This document shows positions 16,684-26,260 of a DNA stretch of 64,000 nucleotides, piece by piece. The position numbers were made by a program, and so were the translations under genes. Below the pieces are notes generated by a model, which was given only the letters and a program-made list of their open reading frames with translations, was not told the DNA's origin and ran no database searches. The stretch is from Elusimicrobiota bacterium (lineage in GTDB: Bacteria > Elusimicrobiota > JBDRON01), in contig JBDRON010000019.1 of NCBI GenBank assembly GCA_043810025.1, forward strand, positions 1,204 to 65,203. The letters run 5' to 3'. Positions within the stretch are counted from its first letter, which is position 1, and every line of letters begins with the position of its first letter.

Positions 16684-16956
16684 AAAAGTGGGTGAATTCA
16701 GGGAAGCCTGTGTTCTCGATCGTTTAAAGATTGGAGGATATGGTAATCCTGAGCCAAGCCTTGAACAGAAATAAACGCGGTTCAAGGAAGGTGCAGAGAC
16801 TAGATCGAAAGATCGTACTGTTCAGCGATGAATGGGAAGCGCCCGCTATCCTGCAGGCGGTTTGAGGCAGGATAATGAGATAGTCCAAGCCTTATGGAAA
16901 CATAAGGGAAACTTGTAATCGCTAGGTTGTAGGTTCAAGTCCTACCCGGGGAGCCA
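16616..16956 (+). tRNA. trnN: tRNA-Asn(GTT) split by a group I intron (exons 16616-16649 and 16916-16956)
   Basis: Spliced sequence folds as a cloverleaf: acceptor TCCCCGG/CCGGGGA, discriminator G, CCA; anticodon arm GCGA-CTGTTAA-TCGC; T arm GTAGG-TTCAAGT-CCTAC. Confidence 0.92.
16650..16915 (+). ncRNA. Group I self-splicing intron, 266 nt, no internal ORF
   Basis: P1 exon CTGT pairs with GCAG (U-G at splice site); P AATTCAGGGAA, Q AATCCTGAGC, R CAGAGACTA, S GATAGTCC; P9 CCTTATG-GAAA-CATAAGG; terminal G. Confidence 0.92.
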
Positions 16957-17087
16957 ATTTGGCAATTATCGTCTATTAAACATAGATATCTGTGAGGGGA
17001 AACCTGAACTTTTCTGATTTAGAGACGAGGGATTGGCCGGATCTGAAACAAAACATTGTCGAGAATTAAATAAATTTGTAAAATTTT

Positions 17088-17345
17088 ATGAAAATGAATA
17101 TATGGGGTTTGCTTTTGTTATCTTCCCTGGTTTTCACATCATTAGGTTTATCTATACAAACTGAATGTTCGTTTGATAATGCAGAATGTATAAATTATTC
17201 TGAAGTTGAGAATAATTCAGCCTTAACCGTTGTTTCAGGAGTAGTTGAAACTTTACTCAACCAAATGTGTTTTATTTTGTTTGACAAAATTCCCACATAT
17301 ACTCAATTTGTAAAAACAATAGAACCTCCCCCAAAAATCGTCTAA
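17088..17345 (+). CDS. Small hypothetical exported protein
   Basis: 85 aa with signal-like N-terminus and C-terminal IEPPPK. Confidence 0.4.
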   Translation: MKMNIWGLLLLSSLVFTSLGLSIQTECSFDNAECINYSEVENNSALTVVSGVVETLLNQMCFILFDKIPTYTQFVKTIEPPPKIV

Positions 17346-17537
17346 AACACTATCATCGGAAAAACCATTTGTATTTCGCTTTGGTTAAATGGTTCCGGCG
17401 TTAGTTTTCTGCATTCATCTTTTCCTAAGGGTTTTTATCTGACTATGTTTGTTCGCGTTAAGCAAAAAGGAGGTTTTTGATGAACATTTTTAAGACCGCC
17501 GCCCGAAAATCCTTTGATAAGATAGGAGGTCTGGGCA

Positions 17538-18110
17538 ATGGACAGAATATCAAGAAGTTTGGAAGATGAGTTTTTCTTTAAAAAAGATCTTGAACTTATG
17601 GAAAAACAACGGGTTTTAAAACAGATGAAAGAAACAAAGGAAGCGATAAAAGAAGTTTCCGGTATACAAGATGAAAATCTTTTGCAAAGACTTGTTGAGT
17701 TAAATATACGGCCTGAAACAGTGGCTTCGCTGGCGATAGTTCCTTTGATTGAAGTTGCCTGGGCAAACGGCAGTATAGACCAAAAAGGAAAAAAAGCGGT
17801 ACTCGCGACGGTTAATAAGTTTGGCTGGTCAAACAATAGCATTGATTATATCCTTTTGGAACGCTGGCTTGAACATAAACCCGATCCCGCTTTGCTGGAG
17901 GCCTGGGCGCATTACATCGGCTATGTTTGCGCGAAAATGAAACCCGATGAAGTAAGGAGATTTAAAACGGAAATAATGTCGCATGCTAAGGCGATTGCCG
18001 AGATCAGCGGCGGATTTTTAGGTATAGGGAGTATATCCCAGCAGGAAAAGGAAATGTTGGAAATAATTGAGAATGCTTTTCTACCTAACAGTGAGGAAAA
18101 ACATGATTGA
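17538..18110 (+). CDS. Hypothetical protein, TerB-like fold
   Basis: LEDEFFFK, PLIEVAWANG, AIAEISGGFLGIG; good RBS GGAGG. Confidence 0.65.
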   Translation: MDRISRSLEDEFFFKKDLELMEKQRVLKQMKETKEAIKEVSGIQDENLLQRLVELNIRPETVASLAIVPLIEVAWANGSIDQKGKKAVLATVNKFGWSNNSIDYILLERWLEHKPDPALLEAWAHYIGYVCAKMKPDEVRRFKTEIMSHAKAIAEISGGFLGIGSISQQEKEMLEIIENAFLPNSEEKHD

Positions 18111-18798
18111 GACAATTTTAGAAGTTGTTCTTCATTTTGACCGGCATTTGAATATGTTTGTCCAATATTTCGGTATTTGGACATATCTTATTCTTTTTCT
18201 GATTATCTTTGCTGAAACAGGGTTGGTGATTATGCCGTTTTTGCCGGGGGACTCTTTGCTTTTTGTTGTAGGAGCTCTTGCCGCAGCCGGATCTTTTGAT
18301 GTTTTCTGGCTTATTTTTTTGCTTTCCGTTGCCGGGATAATTGGAGATAGTGTTAATTATGCGATCGGCAAATATTTTAGCGACAGGGTGATTAATAAAA
18401 CACTCGGGAAGTTTATCAAAAAAGAACACCTTGACCGGACTCACAGTTTTTATGAAAAGTACGGAGGAAAAACAATTGTTATAGCCAGATTTGTGCCCAT
18501 TGTCAGAACCTTTGCCCCGTTTGTGGCAGGTATTGGTAAAATGAGTTACATGAAGTTTGCAATTTACAATGTTCTGGGCGGCATTCTGTGGGTAAGTTCG
18601 ATTGTTTTGGCCGGATATTATTTCGGCAATATCCGTATGATAAAAGAAAATTTTTCTTTAATAGCATTGGGTATTATTTTTGTTTCCATACTTCCGTTTA
18701 TAATTGAGTACCTGCGTTATCGTTTAGGGAAAAAGACAAATAAAACAACGTATCCCAAAGTCTGTAATGCTGAAGAAAAACAGGTGGTTACCGGCTAA
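18103..18798 (+). CDS. dedA: DedA family membrane protein
   Basis: FAETGLV.PFLPGDSLLF, ARFVPIVRTFAPFVAG. Confidence 0.93.
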   Translation: MIETILEVVLHFDRHLNMFVQYFGIWTYLILFLIIFAETGLVIMPFLPGDSLLFVVGALAAAGSFDVFWLIFLLSVAGIIGDSVNYAIGKYFSDRVINKTLGKFIKKEHLDRTHSFYEKYGGKTIVIARFVPIVRTFAPFVAGIGKMSYMKFAIYNVLGGILWVSSIVLAGYYFGNIRMIKENFSLIALGIIFVSILPFIIEYLRYRLGKKTNKTTYPKVCNAEEKQVVTG

Positions 18799-18881
18799 AA
18801 CCAGGTAAAAATTATCGCCATCTATTTTAACAATTACTCGCAGTCCAATAGCAATCCTAAATTCCGTCCCCCAATTATTCC

Positions 18882-18932
18882 TTGACAAAGCAAAATAAGC
18901 ATGTTACGATATATGCATATAAATGCAAATAT
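18882..18932 (+). promoter_or_regulatory. Promoter with adjacent ArsR-type operator
   Basis: TTGACA-17 bp-TACGAT with extended TG; imperfect inverted repeat ATATATGCAT-ATAA-ATGCAAATAT. Confidence 0.65.
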
Positions 18933-18955
18933 GCAACAATAATAAGGAGCCTGAG

Positions 18956-19321
18956 ATGGGATACACAGCAGCTTTTAAGGCGTTGTCGGATATGACCAGA
19001 TTAAGGGTCCTGTATGTGCTGCTCAAGGCAAAAAGGGAGGTCTGTATTTGTGAATTGATGGATTCACTTGAAATAAAACCATATCACGCATCAAGGTGTC
19101 TGAGAGAGTTGAAGATAGCAGGATTTGTCAGAGAGAAAAAAGAAGGAAGATTTGTTTTTTACAAAACAAACGATCTTAAAGACAATTTTCTCCATAAGTT
19201 GTTCCGTTTGATAGCGTCTCTCCCGGAAAAAGAATTCAAGGAAGACATATCAAGGATGAACAAAAGGCTTCATTTAAGAAAAAACGGGAAAGTAGTCGTC
19301 ACAATGAGGAGAAAGAAATGA
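18956..19321 (+). CDS. ArsR/SmtB family transcriptional repressor
   Basis: FKALSDMTRLRVL, EVCICEL, GRFVFY; RBS AGGAG. Confidence 0.9.
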   Translation: MGYTAAFKALSDMTRLRVLYVLLKAKREVCICELMDSLEIKPYHASRCLRELKIAGFVREKKEGRFVFYKTNDLKDNFLHKLFRLIASLPEKEFKEDISRMNKRLHLRKNGKVVVTMRRKK

Positions 19322-20487
19322 AGGAAAGAACAAAACTACTGCTAATAATACTTGGTTTTCTATTTGCCTATTTTATACCCTTTTCTCATCCAAGGGTGCA
19401 ATCGGGTATTTACGAGTCGTTTAATCTGCTTCAGGATTACGCGCGGGAGCATCTGCTTGCCTGTCTTATACCGGCGTTCTTTATTGCCGGCGCTATGTCT
19501 GTATTTATTTCACAGGCGGCGGTGATAAAATATTTTTGAGCAAAAGCAAATAAGATTTTATCTTATGGTATTGCCTCCATTTCGGGTACTATTCTTGCGG
19601 TATGTTCATGCACGGTGCTTCCTCTTTTTGCAGGAATTTACAAAAAAGGAGCAGGGATAGGACCGGCAACAGCGTTCCTTTATTCAGGTCCTGCAATAAA
19701 TGTTCTTGCAATAATACTGACAGCGCGAATATTAGGCCCAGAGATGGGTATGGCAAGAGCAGTTGGAGCGATTGTGTTTTCCATAATAATCGGCCTGTCA
19801 ATGGCGTTCATTTTCAGGAAGGAAGAACAACTGGATAACGGAGAAGATAGCTTCAGTCTTCAGGAAGAATCAAGGGAAAGACCGTTATGGAAACAATCAA
19901 TATATTTTCTTACTCTCGTGCTGATTCTGATATTTGCCGCTTGGGGTAAGCCAAAAGAATCAGTCGGTTTCTGGAATTTTATTCATGGTATTCACTGGCA
20001 CATTACGGGATTTCTCCTGATTACTCTTGCCGGTATTCTTTATAAATGGTTTAAAAAAGATGAACTGCGTATCTGGGCAGGGTCAACGTGGACTTTTGCC
20101 CGGCAAATACTGCCTCTCCTGTTTGCCGGTGTCCTTGTTGCAGGTTTCTTTATGGGAAGACCCGGGTTTGATAATGGTTTGATCCCGAACAGGTATGTTC
20201 AGGCGCTTGTCGGCGGTAACTCATTATGGGCAAATTTGTTTGCTTCAGTGAGCGCTGCTCTGATGTATTTTGCTACGTTGACCGAAGTGCCGATACTCCA
20301 GGGGCTAATGGGAAGTGGAATGGGCAAGGGGCCGGTTCTTGCGCTGCTCTTAGCCGGACCGGCCTTAAGTCTGCCGAGCATGTTGGTTCTTCGGAGTGTC
20401 ATGGGGACGAAAAAGACAATAGTTTATATCATACTTGTGGTGGTAATGGCAACGCTTACCGGAATGATTTATGGGAGATGGTTTTAG
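19318..20487 (+). pseudogene. ArsP/DUF318-type permease interrupted by in-frame TGA at 19537-19539
   Basis: Both ORF halves are in one frame: KYF*AKANKILSYGIASISGTILAVCSCTVLPLF. Confidence 0.8.
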
Positions 20488-20498
20488 AGGATTATTCG

Positions 20499-20735
20499 AT
20501 GAAAATTGAAATTTTCGGACCGGGCTGCGCAAAATGCAATAGTCTGGAAAAGCAGGTTAAGGATGCGGTAAAAGAACTGAACATCGATGCCGAAGTTGTA
20601 AAAGTATCCGATATTAACGCTATGGTAAGCAGGGGCGTAATGTTGACACCGGCGCTTTTCATCGGCGGCAAGAAAAAAAGCGAAGGCAGGGCGCCAAATT
20701 ATGAGGAAATTAAGAAATATTTAAAGGAGGCATAG
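20499..20735 (+). CDS. Small thioredoxin-like redox-active disulfide protein
   Basis: MKIEIFGPGCAKC...GVMLTPAL. Confidence 0.9.
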   Translation: MKIEIFGPGCAKCNSLEKQVKDAVKELNIDAEVVKVSDINAMVSRGVMLTPALFIGGKKKSEGRAPNYEEIKKYLKEA

Positions 20736-20764
20736 AATGAACGGAAAAGTTCCGAGAGAAAAGA

Positions 20765-20950
20765 TTGACTCTTATATTATTTTATGCAGTGGGTCATTGT
20801 TCGGTGATAATATTAGCGGGTACATTTACAGGAGCAGTGCAGGGATACTTGAACTGGAATGAAAAATCAAAAGGCGCCGTAATACTTAAAAAAGTATGTG
20901 GAATTTTGGTAATAATTGGGGCAATTTATCTTGTCTGGTCAACAATGTAA
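20765..20950 (+). pseudogene. C-terminal fragment of a CcdA/DsbD-like membrane protein
   Basis: YAVGHCSVIILAGTF...LKKVCGILVIIGAIYL; only 61 codons, no N-terminal part. Confidence 0.6.
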
Positions 20951-21011
20951 TAATGTTCAGGGGAATATTTGGTTCCTGCTCGAAAAGTCTGTTTGTCGAG
21001 GGGGGAAGAAA

Positions 21012-21521
21012 ATGGATTTTTATCAAGTGGTATCTTTAAGACGAAGTATCAGAAAGTATCAGCCTGCGCCGGTGGAAGGAGAAAAATTGAGTCGGATTTT
21101 AGAAGCGGCAAGAATCGCTCCTTCGGCGGCGAATCGTCAGCCCTGGCATTTTATTGTGATTAAGGATGAAGCAGTAAAAAAACGGTTTAAAGAAGCTTAT
21201 GGGCGGGAATGGTTTTATACCGCTCCCTTGATTATTTGCGCTTGCAGTGAACCGGCTAAAAGCTGGGTAAGAAGAGATGGAAAAAAATATTTCGATGTCG
21301 ATATCGCGATTGCTTTTGAACATTTGGTCCTGGCGGCTGCAGCGGAAGGGTTGGGGACTTGTTGGGTGGGGGCTTTTGATCCTGAGGCGGTGAAGAAAAT
21401 CCTTGGCTTGCCGGAGGGAATTGAACCGATTGCGCTTACCCCTTTGGGTTACCCGGATGAAATCCCGGCGCCCGGAGAACGAAAATCAATTAAAGAAATT
21501 GTTCGCTGGAACAGGTGGTAG
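21012..21521 (+). CDS. Nitroreductase family protein
   Basis: RRSIRKY, APSAANRQPW, GLGTCWVG. Confidence 0.93.
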   Translation: MDFYQVVSLRRSIRKYQPAPVEGEKLSRILEAARIAPSAANRQPWHFIVIKDEAVKKRFKEAYGREWFYTAPLIICACSEPAKSWVRRDGKKYFDVDIAIAFEHLVLAAAAEGLGTCWVGAFDPEAVKKILGLPEGIEPIALTPLGYPDEIPAPGERKSIKEIVRWNRW

Positions 21522-21522
21522 A

Positions 21523-21550
21523 GTAGGGGCAATTCATGAATTGCCCCTAC
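21523..21550. repeat. GTAG-type REP palindrome
   Basis: GTAGGGGCAATTCATGAATTGCCCCTAC, perfect palindrome. Confidence 0.9.
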
Positions 21551-21577
21551 AACCAGTTTCGTTTTTTTTAAATAAAT

Positions 21578-21606
21578 TTGACAGAAGCAAACGAATATGA
21601 TATATT
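21578..21606 (+). promoter_or_regulatory. Probable rpsO promoter
   Basis: TTGACA-17 bp-TATATT with extended TG. Confidence 0.6.
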
Positions 21607-21612
21607 CAAAAT

Positions 21613-21660
21613 ACAGAATTCAGAAGACAGAATTCAGAAGACAAAATTCAGAAGACAAAA
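21613..21660 (+). repeat. 14-bp tandem repeat (ACAGAATTCAGAAG) x3
   Basis: Seen directly in the rpsO leader. Confidence 0.85.
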
Positions 21661-21695
21661 GGCAAATAATCTTAAAGAAAGAGGTAAAAAAGCAA

Positions 21696-21965
21696 ATGGT
21701 TTTAGATGCTTGTCGGAAAAAGGAAGTAGTAGAGTCTTTTAAGGGGCATGAAAACGACACCGGTTCTCCAGCAGTGCAAATCGCTTTGATTACCGAGCGG
21801 ATAAAGTATCTTAGTGAGCATTTCAAGGAGCATCAGAAGGATTTTGGTTCCCGTCGGGGTTTGTTGAAGCTGGTTGCGCAGAGGCGTCGTTTGCTGGATT
21901 ATTTGAAAGCGCATCAACCGCAGAAGTACAAAGAAATACTTGAGCGGCTTGATTTGCGTAAGTAA
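21696..21965 (+). CDS. rpsO: 30S ribosomal protein S15
   Basis: [31 protein letters not shown]. Confidence 0.97.
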   Translation: MVLDACRKKEVVESFKGHENDTGSPAVQIALITERIKYLSEHFKEHQKDFGSRRGLLKLVAQRRRLLDYLKAHQPQKYKEILERLDLRK

Positions 21966-21996
21966 AATGAGGCGAAAGTTAATAGGGCACAGATGA

Positions 21997-22079
21997 GGGT
22001 GGGTAATCTGAGTGATTTAACCGTGGGACGGCCATTATCGGCGGTTCCAGGGTTTAAGGATCATTCACATTGTCCACCC
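21997..22079 (+). promoter_or_regulatory. Long stem-loop in the pnp leader (probable RNase III site)
   Basis: GGGTGGGTAATCTGAGTGAT pairs with ATCATTCACATTGTCCACCC; lies between rpsO and pnp. Confidence 0.6.
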
Positions 22080-22128
22080 GTTATTGATTTTGTGAATTTT
22101 ATTTAATAGAGAGGTGGAAAGGATTATT

Positions 22129-24243
22129 ATGGATCAGAATTTAAAAGAAGTTTCATTGAATTTGAGCGGCCGGGAACTAAGTTTCAAGACCGGCGATTTG
22201 GCCCGGCAGGCTAACGGAGCGGTGCGGGTAAGTTATGGGGAGACGGTCGTTTTGGTTGCGGTTGTGGGCGCTCCCCTTAAAGTGGAGAAGGATTTTTTTC
22301 CTCTGACGGTGGATTACCGGCAGAGAACTTATGCGGCGGGAAAAATCCCCCAGGGATTTTTTAAACGGGAAGGTAAACCGCGAAGCAAGGAAGTGCTGAC
22401 CAGCCGGATAACCGATCGGACCATGCGTCCCTTGTTTCCTGAAGGAATGAATTTAGAAGTGCAAATAGCGGTGACGGTGCTGTCTTTTGACATGGAAAAC
22501 GATGCAGATATTTTGGCGATCAACGGGGCTTCAGCCGCGCTTTGTATCTCGGATATACCTTTTAACGGCCCGATTGGGGCCGTGCGGGTGGTTTACTTTA
22601 AAGACCGGAAAGAATTTGTCGTTAATCCTACCTTAAAGGAAGTTTCAATTTGTGATTTGGAGATGGTCGTTGCCGGAAATAAAAATTCCGTCGTAATGAT
22701 TGAAGGCGGCGCGAAAGAAGTTGACGAACAGATAGCCTTGGAAGCGATCGCTGTCGCCCAGAAAGAAATTGCCAAAATTGTTCAGCTTCAGGAAGAGTTA
22801 GTAAAAAAAGCCGGCAAGGAAAAAATGGTTCTGGAAAAACCGGTAGTCAATGAAGAACTGGCTGGCCGGGTAAAAGAGCTGGGTTTAAGAAAAGTCAAAG
22901 ATGCTTTGCAGAAAAAAGAAAAGCAATTACGCGAGAAAGAATTAGCGTCAGCGCGCAATGAAGTTGTGAGCAGTTTAAAAGAAGCATTTCCGGAGCAGGA
23001 AAAACAGATTCTGAAACATATCGAAAAGCTGGTTGAGGAAGAATCCCGCCGCTTTGTTTTCGACGAGAAAAAACGGTTGGACGGCCGATCCTTAACCGAA
23101 GTGCGTCAGCTAACCTGTCAGGTGGGGGTTTTACCGCGAACTCACGGTTCGGCGGTCTTTACGCGCGGACAGACCCAGTCGTTAGGCACCACAACCCTGG
23201 GCAGCGCTCGCGATATGCAGATTATGGATGAACTGGAAGGGGAGTATAAAGAGCGCTTTCTCTTGCATTATAATTTTCCTTCTTACGCGACTGGAGAGGT
23301 AAAACCCGATCGCGGTCCCGGCCGCCGGGAGATCGGACATGGCGCTTTGGCGGAAAAAGCCTTAAGGCCGGTTTTACCCAGCGCTGAGTCATTCCCTTAT
23401 ACGATTCGGGTTGTATCCGATATTTTAGAATCCAACGGTTCTTCCTCAATGGCTTCCGTTTGCAGCGGTACGCTTTCCTTGATGGATGCCGGTGTGCCAA
23501 TTACCGCTCCGGTAGCCGGGATAGCGATGGGCTTGCTTACACTGGGTCAGGATAAATTGGTGCTCACCGATATCATGGGTTCGGAAGACCATTACGGTGA
23601 TATGGATTTTAAGGTTGCCGGAACAAAAAATGGGATTACCGCCATCCAGATGGATATAAAAATTTCGGAAATAGATTTGGAAACGATTAAAAAAATATTG
23701 GAGCAGGCTAAATCGGCCCGGTTGTTAATTTTGGAGAAAATGGCCGAGGCAATTAATGTGCCGCGGGAAAAACTTTCTGATTTTGCTCCAAAAATGCTTC
23801 AAGTCACTGTCCCGATCAGTAAAATCAGGGATGTGATCGGTTCGGGTGGAAAAACGATTCGCAAGATTCAGGAAGAAACCGGAGCGGAACTGCAAGTCGA
23901 AGATGACGGCCGGATCTTTGTTTCCGGACCAACCGGCGACTCGGTGGATAAGGCTCGGCAGATGATTGAGCTGCTTACCGCTGAGGCCGAAGTGGGTAAA
24001 ATATACAAAGGAAAAGTTGTCAGTATTGTTAAATTCGGAGCTTTTGTGGAAATTCTGCCGGGGAAAGACGGTTTGGTGCATATTAGCCAACTGGATGAAA
24101 AGCGAGTGGAGCGGGTCGAAGATGCGGTCAAAGAAGGACAGGAAATTTATGTCAAAGTTCTCGAAGTTGACAGCCAGGGAAGAGTTAGTCTTTCCAAAAA
24201 AGCCGCCGAACGAGAAATGAAAGCGGTGAAAGCAGGAGAATGA
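22129..24243 (+). CDS. pnp: Polyribonucleotide nucleotidyltransferase
   Basis: FFPLTVDY, RTHGSAVFTRGQTQ, RREIGHG, GDMDFKVAG; KH and S1 domains. Confidence 0.98.
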   Translation: MDQNLKEVSLNLSGRELSFKTGDLARQANGAVRVSYGETVVLVAVVGAPLKVEKDFFPLTVDYRQRTYAAGKIPQGFFKREGKPRSKEVLTSRITDRTMRPLFPEGMNLEVQIAVTVLSFDMENDADILAINGASAALCISDIPFNGPIGAVRVVYFKDRKEFVVNPTLKEVSICDLEMVVAGNKNSVVMIEGGAKEVDEQIALEAIAVAQKEIAKIVQLQEELVKKAGKEKMVLEKPVVNEELAGRVKELGLRKVKDALQKKEKQLREKELASARNEVVSSLKEAFPEQEKQILKHIEKLVEEESRRFVFDEKKRLDGRSLTEVRQLTCQVGVLPRTHGSAVFTRGQTQSLGTTTLGSARDMQIMDELEGEYKERFLLHYNFPSYATGEVKPDRGPGRREIGHGALAEKALRPVLPSAESFPYTIRVVSDILESNGSSSMASVCSGTLSLMDAGVPITAPVAGIAMGLLTLGQDKLVLTDIMGSEDHYGDMDFKVAGTKNGITAIQMDIKISEIDLETIKKILEQAKSARLLILEKMAEAINVPREKLSDFAPKMLQVTVPISKIRDVIGSGGKTIRKIQEETGAELQVEDDGRIFVSGPTGDSVDKARQMIELLTAEAEVGKIYKGKVVSIVKFGAFVEILPGKDGLVHISQLDEKRVERVEDAVKEGQEIYVKVLEVDSQGRVSLSKKAAEREMKAVKAGE

Positions 24244-24246
24244 GAG

Positions 24247-24747
24247 ATGCCTAACCAGCGTCGCAGTGAAGAAAAAGAAGAGAGTAATAAAGAGTTAACC
24301 GCGGCGGAAGAATCTTTAGTTGCCGAAATTGAAGAGATTTACGCTTTGATGGTTGAACAAGGGTTGACGCAGCTTACTGTAGAAAAAAAGGAAAATAAAC
24401 TTTTTTTGCGCCGCGGAATAAAAACAGAATCCGCAGTTCATCATCGTCGAATTGCGCCGCTAGCTGCTCCGGTCGAGGAGAAAAAAGAGCAGGATTTAAA
24501 TTGTCTGCCGGTTAAGTCCCCCTTAATTGGTGTGTTTTACAACGCGTCAAGTCCCGAGTCAAAACCTTTTGTCGAAGTAGGCAGCACCGTGGAAAAGGGG
24601 GCGGCGCTATGTATTGTCGAGGCGATGAAAGTAATGAACGAAATTCCTTCGCCGGTGCGGGGCAAAGTAATAAAAATACTAAGCAGTAACGGAAAATCGG
24701 TGCAAGCCGAACAGGATTTATTTTTGTTACAGCCTCTTGAAGAATAA
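24247..24747 (+). CDS. accB: Biotin carboxyl carrier protein
   Basis: SPLIGVFY, EAMKVMNEI. Confidence 0.9.
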   Translation: MPNQRRSEEKEESNKELTAAEESLVAEIEEIYALMVEQGLTQLTVEKKENKLFLRRGIKTESAVHHRRIAPLAAPVEEKKEQDLNCLPVKSPLIGVFYNASSPESKPFVEVGSTVEKGAALCIVEAMKVMNEIPSPVRGKVIKILSSNGKSVQAEQDLFLLQPLEE

Positions 24748-24752
24748 AGGTT

Positions 24753-24959
24753 ATGCAAGAACTTATTGGGATTACAGCCGGTCGTATTTGGCAATATTTA
24801 GGGGAACATGGGGAAGTTTCTCGCATTGAGTTGAAGTTCAATTTGGATATCTCCAACACTCTTTTACATTTAGCTTTAGGCTGGCTGGCGAGAGAAGAGA
24901 AAATTGTGATTAAAAATGAAGGCAAGGAGTGTTTGATCACCTTAAGGCCGGGGCAATAA
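24753..24959 (+). CDS. Small winged-helix protein (DUF2582-like)
   Basis: IGITAGRIWQYL...ALGWLAREEKI. Confidence 0.85.
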   Translation: MQELIGITAGRIWQYLGEHGEVSRIELKFNLDISNTLLHLALGWLAREEKIVIKNEGKECLITLRPGQ

Positions 24960-25012
24960 TTATCTCTGCATCTGTATACCTTTAAACCCAAGAATCGCCA
25001 ATGTTAATAAGA

Positions 25013-25152
25013 TAGTCCGAGCTTCGTTCGGAACTTTAGTTACATTGAAAGACATTTCCTCTCCCTTGATGGGAGAGGATTAAGGTGAGGGTGTTAAAGT
25101 TTCGATTCCCTTATTGCCCCTCACCCTTCCCTCTCCCACAGGGGGAGAGGGA
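25013..25152 (-). repeat. Family A repeat (25056-25152) with tail motif (25013-25037)
   Basis: Matches 12608-12705; core TTAAAGTTTCGATTCCCTTA at 25094-25113. Confidence 0.9.
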
Positions 25153-25164
25153 ACATCAAAAACC

Positions 25165-26082
25165 ATGTTAATTAAAAAAAAATTTGCCAAATTTCTATTA
25201 TGCCTGGAAGAACTGCGAGCGCCATTTTTTACGGCCAGTATCATCCCTATTCTGCTGGGCGCGTCAATGGCCCGGCTAGAGCAAAAGATTCACTGGCCTT
25301 ATTTTTGGTTAACTTTAATTGGCGGGGTTTTAATTCATGCCGGCACAAACGTAATCAATGATTATTTCGATTATAAAAGCGGCAACGATATAATGAATAG
25401 AGAATATATTCGGCCCTTCACCGGCGGCAGCCGGCTGATCCAGCGCGGGCTGCTTTCCCCGAACGAGGTCTTGTTTCAGGCGCTGCTTTATTTTTTCCTG
25501 GGCAGCTTGATTGGCTTATACCTCTGGCAGAAGCTGGGAATGGTCATCTTTTATTTGGGTTTGTTCGGGGTCATTTCGGGTTTTTTTTATACGGCGCCGC
25601 CTTTCTACTGGGTGAGCCGGGGGGTTGGAGAATTGCTGGTAGGAGTGAATTTTGGAGTATTGATGGCCTTAGGGTCCTATTATGTTCAGACTCACACCTT
25701 GAAATGGCCGGTGGTCATCGCCGCTTTGCCGGTAACATTGCTAATTACCGCTGTTTTGTATATAAATGAATTTCCTGATTATCTGGCCGATAAGGTCGTC
25801 GGCAAAAACAACCTGGTGGTTCGTCTGGGAAGAGAGAAGGCGGTCTGGGGATATATTTTATTGCTTTTTTTTGTCTATCTTTCAATTTTGTTCGGTGTAC
25901 TCTCGAAAAGTCTGCCTTATTTTGCCTTAATCTCTTTTATTACTTTGCCTATAGCGATAAGTTCGATACAGGTATTGTTGAAAAATTTTTCCCGGACGGA
26001 GAATTTGGCGCCGGCGAATTTAGCAGCCATAAAACTACATCTTTTTATCGGATTAATTTTGGTGGCCGGTTTTTTGGTTTAA
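25165..26082 (+). CDS. menA: 1,4-dihydroxy-2-naphthoate prenyltransferase (UbiA family)
   Basis: NVINDYFDYKSGND, NEFPDYLADKVVGK. Confidence 0.85.
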   Translation: MLIKKKFAKFLLCLEELRAPFFTASIIPILLGASMARLEQKIHWPYFWLTLIGGVLIHAGTNVINDYFDYKSGNDIMNREYIRPFTGGSRLIQRGLLSPNEVLFQALLYFFLGSLIGLYLWQKLGMVIFYLGLFGVISGFFYTAPPFYWVSRGVGELLVGVNFGVLMALGSYYVQTHTLKWPVVIAALPVTLLITAVLYINEFPDYLADKVVGKNNLVVRLGREKAVWGYILLLFFVYLSILFGVLSKSLPYFALISFITLPIAISSIQVLLKNFSRTENLAPANLAAIKLHLFIGLILVAGFLV

Positions 26083-26126
26083 GATATTATAAATATATAT
26101 AATTAAGTTAAAATTATGCCTTGATA

Positions 26127-26223
26127 TTCCCTCTCCCCTTGCGGGAGAGGGTAGGGTGAGGGGCAATAAAGGAATCGAATCTTTAACACCCTCACCTTAA
26201 TCCTCTCCCCTCAAGGGAGAGGA
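26127..26223 (+). repeat. Family A repeat with TCGA core
   Basis: Core TAAAGGAATCGAATCTTTAA at 26167-26186. Confidence 0.9.
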
Positions 26224-26260
26224 GAAAAACTTCAAATGATTGTACTTCTAAGGAGAAAAA

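Noticed and set aside
17346-17569. Possible riboswitch or leader peptide (ATG 17480 with AGGAGG) upstream of the TerB-like/dedA genes
   Set aside because: A hairpin and a 29-codon ORF are present, but I could not match any riboswitch consensus; support is insufficient.
19537-19539. Alternative genetic code (TGA = Gly/Trp)
   Set aside because: Conserved genes such as pnp and dedA's upstream neighbour end at TGA, and this is the only internal TGA noticed.
20226-20498. 169-aa version of the thioredoxin-like ORF
   Set aside because: The upstream part overlaps the permease in another frame; the family start MKIEI is at 20499 with an RBS.
16957-20950. Integrase-type genomic island at the tRNA-Asn 3' end
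   Set aside because: Accessory genes follow the tRNA, but I found no integrase and no repeat of the tRNA 3' end.
21613-21660. Tandem repeats here and at 13880, 41938 and 49460 as possible CRISPR arrays
   Set aside because: Units are 7 or 14 bp with no unique spacers, and no cas genes are present.
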